Source of the DNA: Azolla caroliniana
Taxonomy: Eukaryota > Plantae > Polypodiophyta
Length of the DNA stretch: 64,000 bases
Assembly (NCBI GenBank): GCA_043228905.1
Contig: JBHGNT010000011.1
Span: forward strand, 2,790,001-2,854,000
Reading direction: 5' to 3'
Within the stretch, counting starts at the first letter, position 1. Each line of letters opens with the position of its first letter. Below are positions 13,028 to 25,231 of this stretch, piece after piece. Below the pieces are notes generated by a model. It was given only the letters and a program-made list of their open reading frames with translations, ran no database searches and was not told the origin of the DNA. A program made the position numbers and the translations under genes.

Positions 13028-16000
13028 ATGGCTCAAATTAACGACCCGATGTCATCCGCTCAAGCGGAAGGAACTCAAGGGAATCCTCCTGGACAAATAT
13101 CCACTGAGATGTATTTGGCACAAATAACCCAATACCTTAGTTTCACCGCTCAACAAATGACCGAACTTCGGTAATCTCAAAGTGCTCTTGAGGCACGTGT
13201 CATTAGTCTACAACGTGCGACTAATAGACCTGATGAGCGACAAGGTGAACCATCATTTGTCGTTAAGCCATTTACGGGAGACAAAAAGGAAAGAACCGAA
13301 GAAGCAATCTGCACATGGCTGGGACGATGGGAGTCTCATTTTGAGCTCTATCCCACGCCAGATAGTACGAATATTGCATATGTCGGCCGAGAACTCTGGG
13401 GTAAGGTCGCCGCTTGGTGGCGTGGGCTCCGTACTATGGGGAAATTGCCCGATACTTGGACAGATTTTGTCACGGTTTTTAAGGGCCAATTTCTGCAACC
13501 TCCCTCTCGAACTGAGGCAACACAAGCTTTAATGAACCTCTCTAGTAGGAAATTTTCCTCGCTAGAAGACTATGTTCACCATGCTAGAACCCAAATCCAA
13601 AAATCGGGTCTACAAGGGGACAATTGGTTGATAGCTTGTTTTGTCAATGGCATCCCCAATTTGGACTATCATTGGATAGTGCACGATAAGGATCCAAAAT
13701 CCTTCGAAGAGGCCATTGAAATAGTTCTTCGCTATCAACGCACTTCGAAGAAGGACCACAACAAGCCCAACGAAGCGCCCAGGACTAAGCAGTCGCAATT
13801 TGTTGGGAAACGCAAGACACCCAACGAATTCCTGGATCGCGATTGTAAGCGACAACATCCTTTTTGCGTATTCTGCAAAAAGAAGGGTCACACAAAAGAG
13901 CAATGTCGAAAGCTCCAACGGAAAGAGCACGACAACAAACCTAAAGCTTCAGACCATAAAGGTCAGATTCCTAATGTCCTTCAGGTCTTTACACATCATT
14001 TAAGTAATTGTCAATGTTCTTTCCCTCACTATGTATTGGATCCCAATGATTTATTACGTGCAAACGGGTATATCAATGGATCTCCTGTACAATTTTTATT
14101 TGATTCGGGAAGCTCACACAATTTTGTGAATGATCGTTTGGTTCAGATATGGGGAATCCAACCCACCGTAAGTGATCACACCTACACGGTGCACTTGGCC
14201 GATGGAAGAGTACAATACATCAACGGGGCGATTCATTCATGAGGAATTTCTATTGATACTTATATAGAGGAAGTAGACTTCCATGTAATGAATCTTTGTA
14301 CCACCGATGTAATACTGGGTTATCCCTGGTTTTATAATAAAAACTCTTCTTTATTTATTGATTGGGTCGCCATTCCATTTCTTTTGTACTGAACGATTGT
14401 ACGCATTTTATTCAATGTATCAAAAAACAATCCCTCTCGACTGTTTCCTCGTGTTCATCAAAATCCGAGTTGTCTTGTTCTACGTTATTTTATTGTGTAC
14501 TTGATCCGGACATTCACGTTTACAATATCAATAATGTCTTGGTTCAATTAACATATTTTGAACAACAACTTGATGAAATCTTAAATGATTTTCATGATGT
14601 TTTTCCAAGTGAACTACCTGATGGGTTACCTCCTAAACGTAATATAGACCATCGTATAGATATTGTACCTGGTGTTGCACCAATAAGTATACCTCCGTAT
14701 CGCTTAAGTCGATCCGAAGAAGATGAGGTATCTAAGCAACTCAAGGACTATTTACGAATGGGTTATATACGTTATAGTAAATCTCCATGGGGTGCACCAG
14801 TTCTCTTGGTAAAAAAGAAAGAGGGCACATGGCATATGTGTATTAATTACCGACGCGTGAATAAAGTGACGATCAAGAATTCGTACCCATTGCCCCGGGC
14901 TGACGATCTAATTGAACGTCTCCAGGGAGCTCGGTATTTTACGAAACTTGATCTCCATACTGGCTACCATCAAATACGAATAAGTGAGGACGATATTCCT
15001 AAAACGGCATTTCATACGCGCTATGGCCATTACGAGTTTTTGATTATGCCTTTTGGTTTGACCAATGCTCCGGCTAATTTTCAACAAGAAATGAATGACA
15101 TTTTCCGAGAACAACTTGGAAAATTTGTCGTTATTTTCTTGGATGATATTTTAGTTTATAGCCGTACATTAAAAGAACATGTTAGACATGTCCACTTTGT
15201 TTTACAAACATTGCGTGACAAACAGTTTTATGCGAAGATCTGAAAATGTGAGTTCTTCAAGAAATCAATTACTTATCTAGGACATCTCATAACCGAACGA
15301 GGAGTTGAAATTGATCCTTCTCGCATTGAGAAAATCAAGCTTTGGCCCACTCTTCAGAATATTTGAGAAGTTCGATCATTCCTTGGTTTTGTTGGGTTTT
15401 TGCGAAAGTCTCTTCATAATTACTCCCAATTGACGACGCCGTTTACTGATCTTTTAAAAGGTCAAACGCGTAAGTCTACAAAACCTATTGTGTGGAATGC
15501 TACACTAGACCTCGCCTTTAAGGAACTCAAGGACCTGGTTTGCAAGGCTCCTTCACTTCTTTTACCTGATCCTTCAAAACCTTTTGAGGTTGAAACCGAT
15601 GCAAGCGATTATGCTATAGGTGTTGTCTTGTATCAAGATGGTAAACCAATAGTATTCGAGAGTAAGAAACTTGATTCTGCTCAATGTCGGTATACCGTTC
15701 AAGAAAAGGAATTATTTGCAGTTATACATTATCTTTATGGAAATCACTTTGTGGTAACTACGGACCACGAGTCCTTGAAATATTTTTGTGACCAACAAGA
15801 CCTGAAAGATCGTAAGGCACGATGGGCTGATCTCATCCAGGACTTTGATTTTTCCATACGATATTGTAAAGGTTCCATGAACACTGTCGCTGATGCACTA
15901 AGTCGCATCCGTGAAGTTAACATGTTTAGCTTCACTGAAATAACATCAGATCTTTATGATCACCTTCGAGGAAAGTATCCTGATGACAGTTATTTTGCAA

Positions 16001-17419
16001 AATACTGGGCAAGAGTTGAGTCTGGAACAGACACCACCACATCCTCGAAGGAATACTTCCACATTGCGAACGGTTTACTCTACCGTAATGGGAAGGTTTG
16101 TGTTCCAGATTTACCCGAGGTCAAAAAGAGGATTCTTTTTTAATGCCATGATGCACCCTCAGCAAGGCACCCTGAAATACATCGTACACTCGTTCTCATC
16201 TCCACTCAATTTTATTGGCCTAAGATGCGTCCTGACATACATAGCTATGTGACTAAATGTCACCAGTGTCAGGTTAACAAAGCCGAGCGACTTAAAGCCG
16301 CATAACTTTTACATCCCTTGGACATTCCCAATAATAAGTGGGAAAGTATATCCATGGATTTTATTGTTAGCCTTCCTCGCACCCAAAAAGGTCATGATGC
16401 CATCTGTGTCGTTGATCGACTAATTAAAATGGCCAGATTTATTGCGACTAAAACCACGGTAACAGCTCCTGAATTGGCTTACCAATTCGTTGACGAATTA
16501 TTTCGTTTTTATGGGTTACCGATGGATATTATGAGTGATCGAGATCCAAAGTTTACTAGTGACTTCTGGACGCAAGTCTTTAAGAAGTTAGAAACTACGT
16601 TGAGCATGAGCTCCACGGATCATCCTCAATCTGATGGACAGACAGAACGAGTAAATCAAATTATTGAGGACATGCTTCGAGCATACGTTGGTGCAAAACC
16701 AACAAAATGGGAACGTTATCTCCCAATTTTGGAGTTTGCTTATAACAGCTCCAAGCATACGTCGACGGGATATAGTCCTTTTATGTTGATGTATGGTTTT
16801 CAGCCATGAGCCCCGATTGATGTTAATATACATCATGATGAGTTGCGAAGTACGCAAAACTTTCTTCGAGATATGCAAGATATGTTCCATATTGCACGAG
16901 ATAATATAAAAACAGCTCAAGATAGAGCGTGTTTTTATGCCGACCATCATAGCCAACCTCGTGTATTCAACCTTGGACAAAAGGTATTTTTACGTGTACC
17001 TCACAATTCTAAGACATTGTCTACGGGTAAGTGCGCTAAGTTAGCCCCACAGTTTTGTGGACCTTTTATAGTCCTCAAACGCATTGGGCCATTAGCCTAT
17101 CGTCTCGCTCTTCCCGATGGTGTTGGAATTCATCCAGTCTTCCATGTGAGTCATCTAAAAGAACTTCTAGGTTCTGGCGACAACACAATTACAACTGAAA
17201 CTCTGGTTACTTCTGAAGATTTATCTTCGAAACCACATGTACCAGAAAGAATTCTCGATGTTAAAACAAAAAAGTTACGTACTAAAGAAATCCGAGAATT
17301 TAAAATTAAATGGATGGACAAATCTATCAAAGATGCCACATGGGAACGCGAGAATACTCTAAGAACAAACTTCCCTAACTTTCCATTGCAAGAGTGCAAT
17401 GTTTTAAAGAAGGGGAGTA
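13028..17419 (+). pseudogene. gag-pol of element B (gag, zinc knuckle, PR, RT, RNase H, IN, chromodomain) with premature stops
   Basis: CVFCKKKGHTKEQC; FLFDSGSSHNF; RT with PFGLTNAP and FLDD; ETDASDYAIG; SISMDFI and SDRDPKF; HPVFHVS; chromodomain PERILD...FKIKW...DATWE. Stops at about 13172, 14240, 15241, 15365, 16141 and 16807. Confidence 0.93.
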
Positions 17420-17429
17420 TGTTACAAGT

Positions 17430-18186
17430 TGTCGAGAACTGAAACGCTCCCTATACGCAACGCTCGGCCACAACCGAGCTTAGGATCATACACAGAAAAC
17501 GGGAAATAAAGAACTACACAATGGAAGAGAAGAGTACGCAGGATGTTTAACGTGGAAAACCCCAAACTAGGGAAAAAACCACGGCAGCCCACAGGCTGCA
17601 AACTATCACTAGGTTAGTATGTACAGCAGTGAGTTCACTGAGGCAACGACCTCGTGCTCACAGATCTTCGCCACAGGCGGCGGTTACAACAGAGGCAGCA
17701 ACCTCTTTCTCTCTCTCACTCTCTGTACAGTTACGCACTCTCTCTCTTTTCTTGCACCAACAAGAAATGACAACAACAACAGTTACTAAAAGTTTGCCCT
17801 AAGTCATATTTATACTAATATGACTTTTCAGCTATTTACAAATATAGCCTCGATGGACTCTCAGAAACATATTTACGAATATGTCTCTTCATCCGGTTCT
17901 CACCGGGTCTGTACCATCTGGCTCTCCGTAGCCGGGTACTCCTCATCCGGTTCATACCGGGTCTGCACCATCCGGCTCTCCGTAGCTGGGTACTCCTCAT
18001 CCGGTTCATACCGGGTCTGCACCATCCGGCTCTCCGTAGTCGGGTACTCCTCATCCGGTTCATACCGAGTCTACACCATCCGGCTCTCCGTAGCCGGGTC
18101 CTCCTCATACGGTTTCGGCCTCGGCCGAGTTTGTTCATCAGCACTGTTCTTCTCCCTTCCCATCCGGAGGGACCTGTCTCCCAACA
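17430..18186 (-). mobile_element. Ty1/copia solo LTR (757 bp) inserted at the start of element B's 3' LTR
   Basis: Minus-strand start TGTTGGGAGACAGGTCCCTCCGGATGGGAAG matches the copia LTR at 51618 (TGTTGGGAAACAGGTTCTTCCAGATGGGAAG); shared U5 motif CCGTGGTTTTT..GGGTTTTCCACGT; degenerate TSD CAAGT/CAGGC. Confidence 0.85.
17889..18104. repeat. 54-bp tandem repeat, 4 copies, inside the copia solo LTR
   Basis: Unit TCATCCGGTTCATACCGGGTCTGCACCATCCGGCTCTCCGTAGCCGGGTACTCC starting at 17889, 17943, 17997 and 18051. Confidence 0.95.
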
Positions 18187-20776
18187 CAGGCATGACCATT
18201 TAATATCCCGTGGTGAGAATTTACCGTAGTATTCTATACACGTGGATAAGTGTGAGGGTTAAACGAGAGTGTAAAGAAGGGGAGGATTACTTTTAATCCT
18301 CGGGATTGAGACAACCCATTAGGTCAAGTGTGAACTTGCCTAGGGGCCTTGGGTATCGCTATAAATAAGAGGCCTAGCTACCCTCATTTGATCATCTTTT
18401 GACTACATCGAGACTTTGCTCTTGTGGTGGGTCAACTCTTGTAGCGAGTGCGCCAACACCATGTACGACTCGACACCACGGCGGTGGTATGGGATGCCGA
18501 TCGAGGCTCGAGTCCGTCTCGATCCCTTCGCTCGGGGGTGGTCGGATGGATTGGCACCCTTCTTTCTCTTTCTCCTTTCTATCTATCATTAGTTTATCCT
18601 TATCTTAAGCTTACTTTAGTACCTAGATCTCTAATACCAAGTACGCAAGGGATTCATAAAGAACCCAAGATCGGCCTTCCTATGAAATTCGATGGAACAC
18701 GATCACAGTTTAGAGGATTCCTTAATCATGTATGATTAGTCATTCAAATGCATCCTTCCTGATATCCCACCGATGCATCACAAGTGGGTCTAGTAGGCAT
18801 GTTGTTAAGTGGCTCAGCTTTGGCATGGTTCGCTCCGTTGTTAGAAAAGGAATCTCCAATACTAAACAATTTTGAAGAGTTTATAAGTGAGTTTAAAGCC
18901 TGTTTTGGAGATACTAATAGTATAAGGACAACAATCAACAAAATCTGACGATTACGTCAAGGTGATCATCTAGCCTCCACATACGCCGCAAATTTCCGTC
19001 TACTCGCCTCCAATATCCCCTGGGATGACCAAGCATTAATGGAGCAATTTCATTATGGCCTACGTAACGATGTCAAGGATTTACTCTTGGCCTTCCCCGA
19101 AGAACCAAAGTCATTGACAAAAGCAATCAATCGCGTAGTATGATGCGATAACCGCCTCTTCGAACGACGTTTGGAACATCAATTTCAAATGCCGAGGGCA
19201 AGATCGGAGCCCACCTACGCTTCAGTTGTAGCAAAGCCTTTCCCAAGGGAGTCATTTAATACGTCTCCAACAAAAATTCTAACTCCAATGGAAATCGACA
19301 ACACACATCGTCGCGAACCCCTATCGGAAGAAGAAAAGCAGCGACGTCGGGCAAATCGATTATGTCTTTATTGCGGTGGACCGGGGCATATTGCAATGAA
19401 CTGTCCCCATCAGCCAAGAAGGCAGATACTAATAGTACTAAACCCGAGTCTATTTCTCTAGGTGTGTCCGATAGTCCTAATAGCCCAAGCCTTTCAAATA
19501 AATTTGAAATCCTTAGTCAACTAGAAGAAGAGTTAAATTATTAAGTTCAGCCAAAATAGGAGTCGTTTGGTTGGACAACCCTAGATCTATGCAACCCATT
19601 AGTGGTTCCATTTCCTCCAAGCAAGTTAGCAATGTGTTCTTAGCTCAAGTAATGGTTAGTACTAAAAGTACTCCTCCGGTACATGTCTTAGCACTCTTAG
19701 ATTCTGGAGCCAACTCTTGCTTCATGGATAGGAATTTGGCCCAAGCTCATCAGATATCCCTAAGAAAACTTTCTTGCCCAACATCTGTAGTAGTTATTGA
19801 TGGTTGTCCCATTGCTTCCGGAAAAATCGTAGAGGAGTCAGAGCTGATTCAAGTTGTCCCTTGGTGTGTGTAGTATCATTTAATATAATTAGTAGACCAG
19901 ATCATCCAATTGTCTTGGGGTTACCGTGGTTCAAATTACATAACCCAGACATAGCTTGGAGAACAAGAGAAATCCGGTATCGACAAATCCGAGGATCTAC
20001 TCATAAGATTGCAACCATTTTGCTACATCAATTGCGTGAGGAAGGACGCACAGAAGCAATGTTTGTCTTCACGGTATCAGTAAAACCTTCCAACACTACT
20101 AAAGAGGAATCCACAATTCAACTTCCAGAGAAGTAGCGTCAATATGCCGATGTGTTCGATAAGGTACAAGCCAATACGCTTCCTCACCACCGACCATATG
20201 ATTGCCCCATCGAGAACCTTGTTTAGGGGAACCTACTTTTGATCATCAAAAGAAGATCCTCCTTTGTCTTGATCGTTTACATGTGATGGCCACTAATGCG
20301 TTTAAGGTGCCCACAAACTCAATACTGGTTAGTACGATTTGTATTGATCTTAATGTAGACAAATTTGCACAAGATGTGTTGATCCTTGGCCGGACTAGCC
20401 ACAACACAAGGTGTCCTCTTCCGGAACACTTGTCCAGAGAGTGGTAAGGTTAGGATGCTTCCGTAATTAACACGCATAAGATCTTAATATTAACCACAGA
20501 CGGCAAGTATACAAGACGCAAGCATTAATTAATCGATATATGTAATCTTCTATTACTTTCGTAAACATTACATTGGTCGAATCCTTTTATAGGAATCCGG
20601 TGTCATTATAAAACAGTGCCCTATCGGCAAATGGCTACGAATCGGTTCGGATCCGGATCGGTGCAACTATACCGGATCCGTCCCTCCGAATACTAATTCT
20701 ATTTATTTCTAAATATATATATATCTCCGACTCACCCTTTTCCCACTTATCTTTTGGCCCTTGACTAGCCAACACA

Positions 20777-20816
20777 TGGCACGCCCGTGGGAAAGTGCAT
20801 TGCACTTCGAACCCAC
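20777..20816 (+). promoter_or_regulatory. Inverted PBS / tRNA-Arg 3'-end copy at the position expected for the PPT of element C
   Basis: TGGCACGCCCGTGGGA-AAGTGCATTGCACT-TCGAACCCAC, 2 nt from the LTR. Resembles the complement of the plant tRNA-Arg(UCU) 3' end (TGGCACGCCCGGTGGGACTCGAACCCAC, recalled) with a hairpin insertion. Confidence 0.7.
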
Positions 20817-21946
20817 ACAACTACCTCACTCTTCGTCCAAAATATCCAACAGACTTTGCTTTAGAGGGTCGAGTGGTACTGTGTTTTGCTGCTACTCTGC
20901 CCCTGCCGCTTTATCCGAATCTGGTTGGAGTGGCTACTCCGGTTCTTCAACCCTCGTTGGCTCTTGTTGTACCGGTTCTCCAACTCCGCTCTCGTTCGGT
21001 GCTTGTTGCTCTAATTCGGCGTTGTCGTGCCTTTCGGCACCAGATCATTGTGTGAGTCGGGTGGGAACCACTGGGGTTTTGGACTAGGAGGGGGAGAGTT
21101 TTAAGGCTAATAAGAATATAAATAGATTTTAAGAAAGAGATATAGAAACCTCGTGAATCTCACGAGTCTATTGTATTAGTCTATTGTATTAGATTATTCA
21201 ATATTAAGATAAGAATATGAATTTGGATTAAAAGAGAGATATTAAAAACTTGTGAATCCCACAAGTATAGATTATTAGATTTATTAATATTTAGAATCCT
21301 AATAACAATTTATCATAGATTTGAAGAGATAGATTATATAAAACTTCGTGAATCCCACAATTATATTTTCTTAATTGGTGTTTTAGGAAATATATCCAAT
21401 TTCCAAATATTCCACACCCCCATTACATTGTGCTCCCCATCCTTATATAGTGATCAGAGAGTCTTAACAATCCATGCTTTTTCTATAGATAGACTCTATG
21501 CTTTCTCTAACATGTTTTTTCTAAAGTGATCCTACTTTTTCTAACTTGATGCGTTTTTATCGATTATGGTGTTTATGAATGCTTCATGTGCATGCGTAGC
21601 TTTTTCTTTTATCATGCATTTTCTTCTAACTAAAGTTTATCCTAGCGTGAACTTACCTTTCTATGTGAGACGTTTACTTTTTTAACACTAATGATATGTT
21701 AGTGTAATGGTAAGGCTTTACATTATAAACATGGAGGTGCAAGGTTTGAATCTTGCCCTATGCATGTAATATATATTTTTATACTTTCTTCTATTTACAA
21801 ATATGTCTCTTCATCCGGTGATAGACTCTCACCGGCCTTCTTCATCCGGTTCTCCTTACCGGGTCCGGTCCTTTCCAGTTCTCACCGGGTACTCCATGTC
21901 CTATCCGGAGAGACTAAAAAATGCAATTTTTCACGTAGTGTGCGAA

Positions 21947-24944
21947 TTACACTATGACAGCATCGGGATCTCTTCTATCACCGGTATCAACCGGTTGCTC
22001 TGCTGCTACAGTTGCTTCTATTGTTTCCCCGGCTTCCTTTAGAGGCTTCTCCTCCATTTCGGCGATTGTCTCTGCTTCTGTTTTGGCCCTTGGCTCTTCA
22101 CCGGTTGCCATTAGTCGCGGCCCATCCGTGTCCTTTGTGGCCCCTTCTTCCGGCTGTTCCTCATCACTTATGGTGATGGGCGTTGTTCGTTCCACGACTT
22201 CCTGTTGCTGACACTCCCGCTCGTACTTTTCCAATTGCAGTTGAGTGTCGAGCTGGTTGTAATCCAACCTTTCCACAAGACCCCAAACTGCTCCCAGATG
22301 CTCCTTGGCTAAGGCCCATCCGTGTCCTTTGTGGCCCCTTCTTCCGGCTATTCCTCATCACTTATGGTGATGGGCGTTGTTCGTTCCACGACTTCTTGTT
22401 GCTGACACTCCCGCTCGTACTTTTCCAATTGCAGTTGAGTGTCGAGCTGGTTGTAATCCAACCTTTCCACAAGACCCCGAACTGCTCCCAGATGCTCCTT
22501 GGCTAAGGAAAAGAAGTCGTCCGACAGTTCTTCCCTTATGGTGACGATGCTCTCTTCATCCATCTTGTAGAATTTGTCACCGGCCTTCCTCCAGTTCTCA
22601 GCATCTTCCCGAAATGTCTGTAGTTCCGCCGCTTGTTGTGACCACTCCTTCCACACTTTCTCCGAACACTCCTTGATGCTTGTTTGGGTCTAGTCCCTCC
22701 ATGCCGACATTATGTGCTGGATTCTATCCACACCAAGCGTGGCGCATTCTTCAGCCTCCTGTTTCTCACTTTTCAACCTTGTTATGATTTCAGCAGCGGC
22801 GGCAGCTTGGCTTCCATACCCAATCACCTGGTGCTGATACGTCGTTTGGAAGTTGTTTAGCACTAGCTTTGCCCGTTCCGCCTCCTCAAACCACTGCTTA
22901 TTGAGCTCCAGCTTTTCCTTTGCCGCTTCTTCCAATAGCCTTGTCGTTTCTACCGCCTTTGTCTTCTCCTCTGGCAAAGCTTCCGTTTTCTTCTCAAGTT
23001 TGTCCATTTTTTGTGTCAGGTCCGCCCGTGCCTCCTTCAACAGCTCCTTCAATCTATCATGTTGCCGGTCGAATTCTGCCCCCCGCCTCTTGTAATCTGC
23101 CTCCGTTTTCTTATGCTCCCGGTACAGTTTATCAAAATCTTCGATCTTCTACTTGAGTCGTTGATTTATTTGGGAATGCAGCCAATCATCCATGTCTTTC
23201 TGTTGTCGGAGCTCCTCTTTCAGTTGTCCTATTTCTGTTTCAGGTTGTCGGCGGAGCCTATCCTTCTCTTGCAGCAGCTTTTCCCTTTCTTCCTTTAGTT
23301 GTTCATTGTTGGCATGGCTCTTTCGGAGGTTCTCCTTGACTCTCCGTCATTCTTCCATAGCCAATTTCTTCTGTTTCCTTTATTTTCCTCTTAGTGCCTC
23401 CTGAGCCGCCAATTCTTCTCTTAAGATCCTTAGTTCTTGGACGAACTCAGTGCCGGTTTTTGAGGCTATATCCACCGCCAGTTCCAATTATGGTTCCGGG
23501 GTTTCCTTCTGCTTCCTTGGTTCTTTGTCGACACTTGTTTGTTGGCCCATGTTGGCCATGCTGGCCACGTATTCCTTGGCCTTTGTTAACTCTTCCTCCA
23601 TGCCCCGCATCTAGGCTCTGACCTTCTCCAGTTCTTCGGTAGTTGTGCGCATGAGGTGTCTATTCTACCTTTGTTCCTGGTCCAGTTGGTCTGCCATGCC
23701 GACGACTTGCTCTCCCAGCCATCTTAGCCATTGTTGGCATGTGCCCTGTTCCAGCCCATGTTGTTCCCCATCCATTGGGGTGCTTTTTGCGCCCTCGTTC
23801 AATGGCGGCTCAAACTGTTGTTTTGGCTGTCTGGGACTCAGACCCGGTGAAAGGACTTGCTCCCTGCCCGGTGCTGGTTGGCCGGCTGGTGCCTTGCTTT
23901 GACCGCTTCTCGGTTCCTCTCTGCCCTGGGTTTCCACCACCACAATCGGAGCCGGTTCTTTTGCCCGCTTCTTTGCATGTCGTTCCAATGTTTCGATCGG
24001 TTCCTCCTTAGCCTCCTCTTCTGTGGTCTCCAGGCAGAATTTGTGTATAAAGTCCTCCGGTTCTTGGTCTTGTAGGTGAAGTGTGATTTTGATCGTCTTC
24101 GTTCACGTTGGAGTTGTATCCTCCGCTTCTTGTGTTCGGTTAGTTGGCTTAGCTGGTCTCTCCGTGTCTTTCTCCACCGGTTCTAGTCTCCGGTTGGTTT
24201 GGCCTTCCTCTTGTTGTGATGCGTCCTTTGAGGTCCATCCTGGGGTGTGCTTTTCTAGGAGTTGTCACCGCTTGTTTGCTTTCTTGGGCGTTGTTTCCGG
24301 TTGGCCCCTCTTTTTAGGTTTGGTGGTGATGACCAGGGGTACTAATAAGATTAGCCACTGTGCTACCCCTGTCCAAGATTTCTTCCCTTTCCGCCACAGA
24401 TTCTACAGCGGATTTCAAGCATTCGGTGATGATCTTCACCCAATCCACCTTCAGTCCCTCGTATGCTGCTATAACGAATCCAGTTCTGTATTTTGGTATG
24501 GCCAACAGTCGTGAGTGCACGAAACCATATTCTAGCAGCACTCGGGCCACCTCCCAAATAGAGGGTCTTCTCCCCCTTGCATTCGATACGCCTTTCTACT
24601 GAGGGAATACTCGCCGAAATACTCGTTTAATGTCTCAGTGGATGGGCTCTCCACCGCGCGAAGTTCCCCCCCCCCCCCACTTGTAATCTTGTGAGGGCCT
24701 AGATTGTGCCCTTCGTTATTTTTTCAAGGTCGATCGTTGGTGTGACCTGTCCCGGGTCATCATGCGGTGGTGCATCTGCGATGCAAAGGAATTCCTTGAG
24801 TCCGTTCTTGGTGAACCATTTGCATGTTGCATTGGAACGCGCCATGGGACCTGAGTCCTCTTCGTCATTGTGGGTGTGCTTCTCTGCGAGGAGGTTATGC
24901 TCTGTGTGTCTAAGGGTTCGTGTGCTTTTCTGTGCTCGCCACAA
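21947..24944 (-). pseudogene. Extra ORF downstream of integrase in element C, broken into pieces
   Basis: Collinear minus-strand ORFs 24699-24944, 24314-24550, 23665-23988, 22690-23052, 22348-22656 and 21947-22276; globular N-terminal part, Glu/Lys-rich coiled-coil C-terminal part. Confidence 0.7.
22119..22508. repeat. 194-bp tandem duplication, frameshifting the extra ORF
   Basis: GGCCCATCCGTGTCC...CTCCTTGGCTAAGG at 22119 and 22313; ERLDYNQLDTQLQLEKYERE appears twice in different frames. Confidence 0.93.
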
Positions 24945-25231
24945 TCAAAGTTCTCTAAGGGACATTCCCTCGGTTGGCCTTTGATTTTGTACCCCCATCT
25001 TCTTGAACCGCTAGTTCTCGGTTCCCGCGCATGCATGCTCTAGACCATAATTAGTATGTGTACCATGTTCCTGTGCTTTAAATAGCCTCATCCCGTATGT
25101 TCACTGGCGTCTGTTCGCAATAATATCGTTTGCTGTAATAATAGTCGTCCCACCTTTTGCTTCCTCCGCCTTCTTGCATGATGACTACCATTTTTTGACT
25201 ACTTTTCTTTTCTTAATTTCTTTTATTATTA

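Larger units (their letters stand above)
11231..18636 (+). mobile_element. Full-length Ty3/gypsy chromovirus, 'element B', inserted in the gag of element A
   Basis: TSD CCAAG (11226-11230, 18637-18641); LTRs 11231-11685 and 17420-18636 (interrupted), about 17 differences in 455 bp by eye; PBS TGGTATCAGAGC; PPT at 17406-17418. Confidence 0.95.

Noticed and set aside
17889-18104. CRISPR-like appearance of the regular repeats here and at 34010-34251
   Set aside because: Head-to-tail repeats without unique spacers, eukaryotic context, no cas genes.
21086-21098. Purine tract AGGAGGGGGAGAG as the PPT of element C
   Set aside because: On the wrong strand for a minus-oriented element and more than 300 bp from the LTR.
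21698-21762. Functional tRNA genes at the tRNA-like cassettes
   Set aside because: Anticodon and acceptor stems do not pair properly and the B-boxes are decayed; TE context.
21099-21771. Nested solo LTR inside element C
   Set aside because: LTR-like (TATA, tRNA-like end) but no TSD and degenerate termini, so not listed as a feature.
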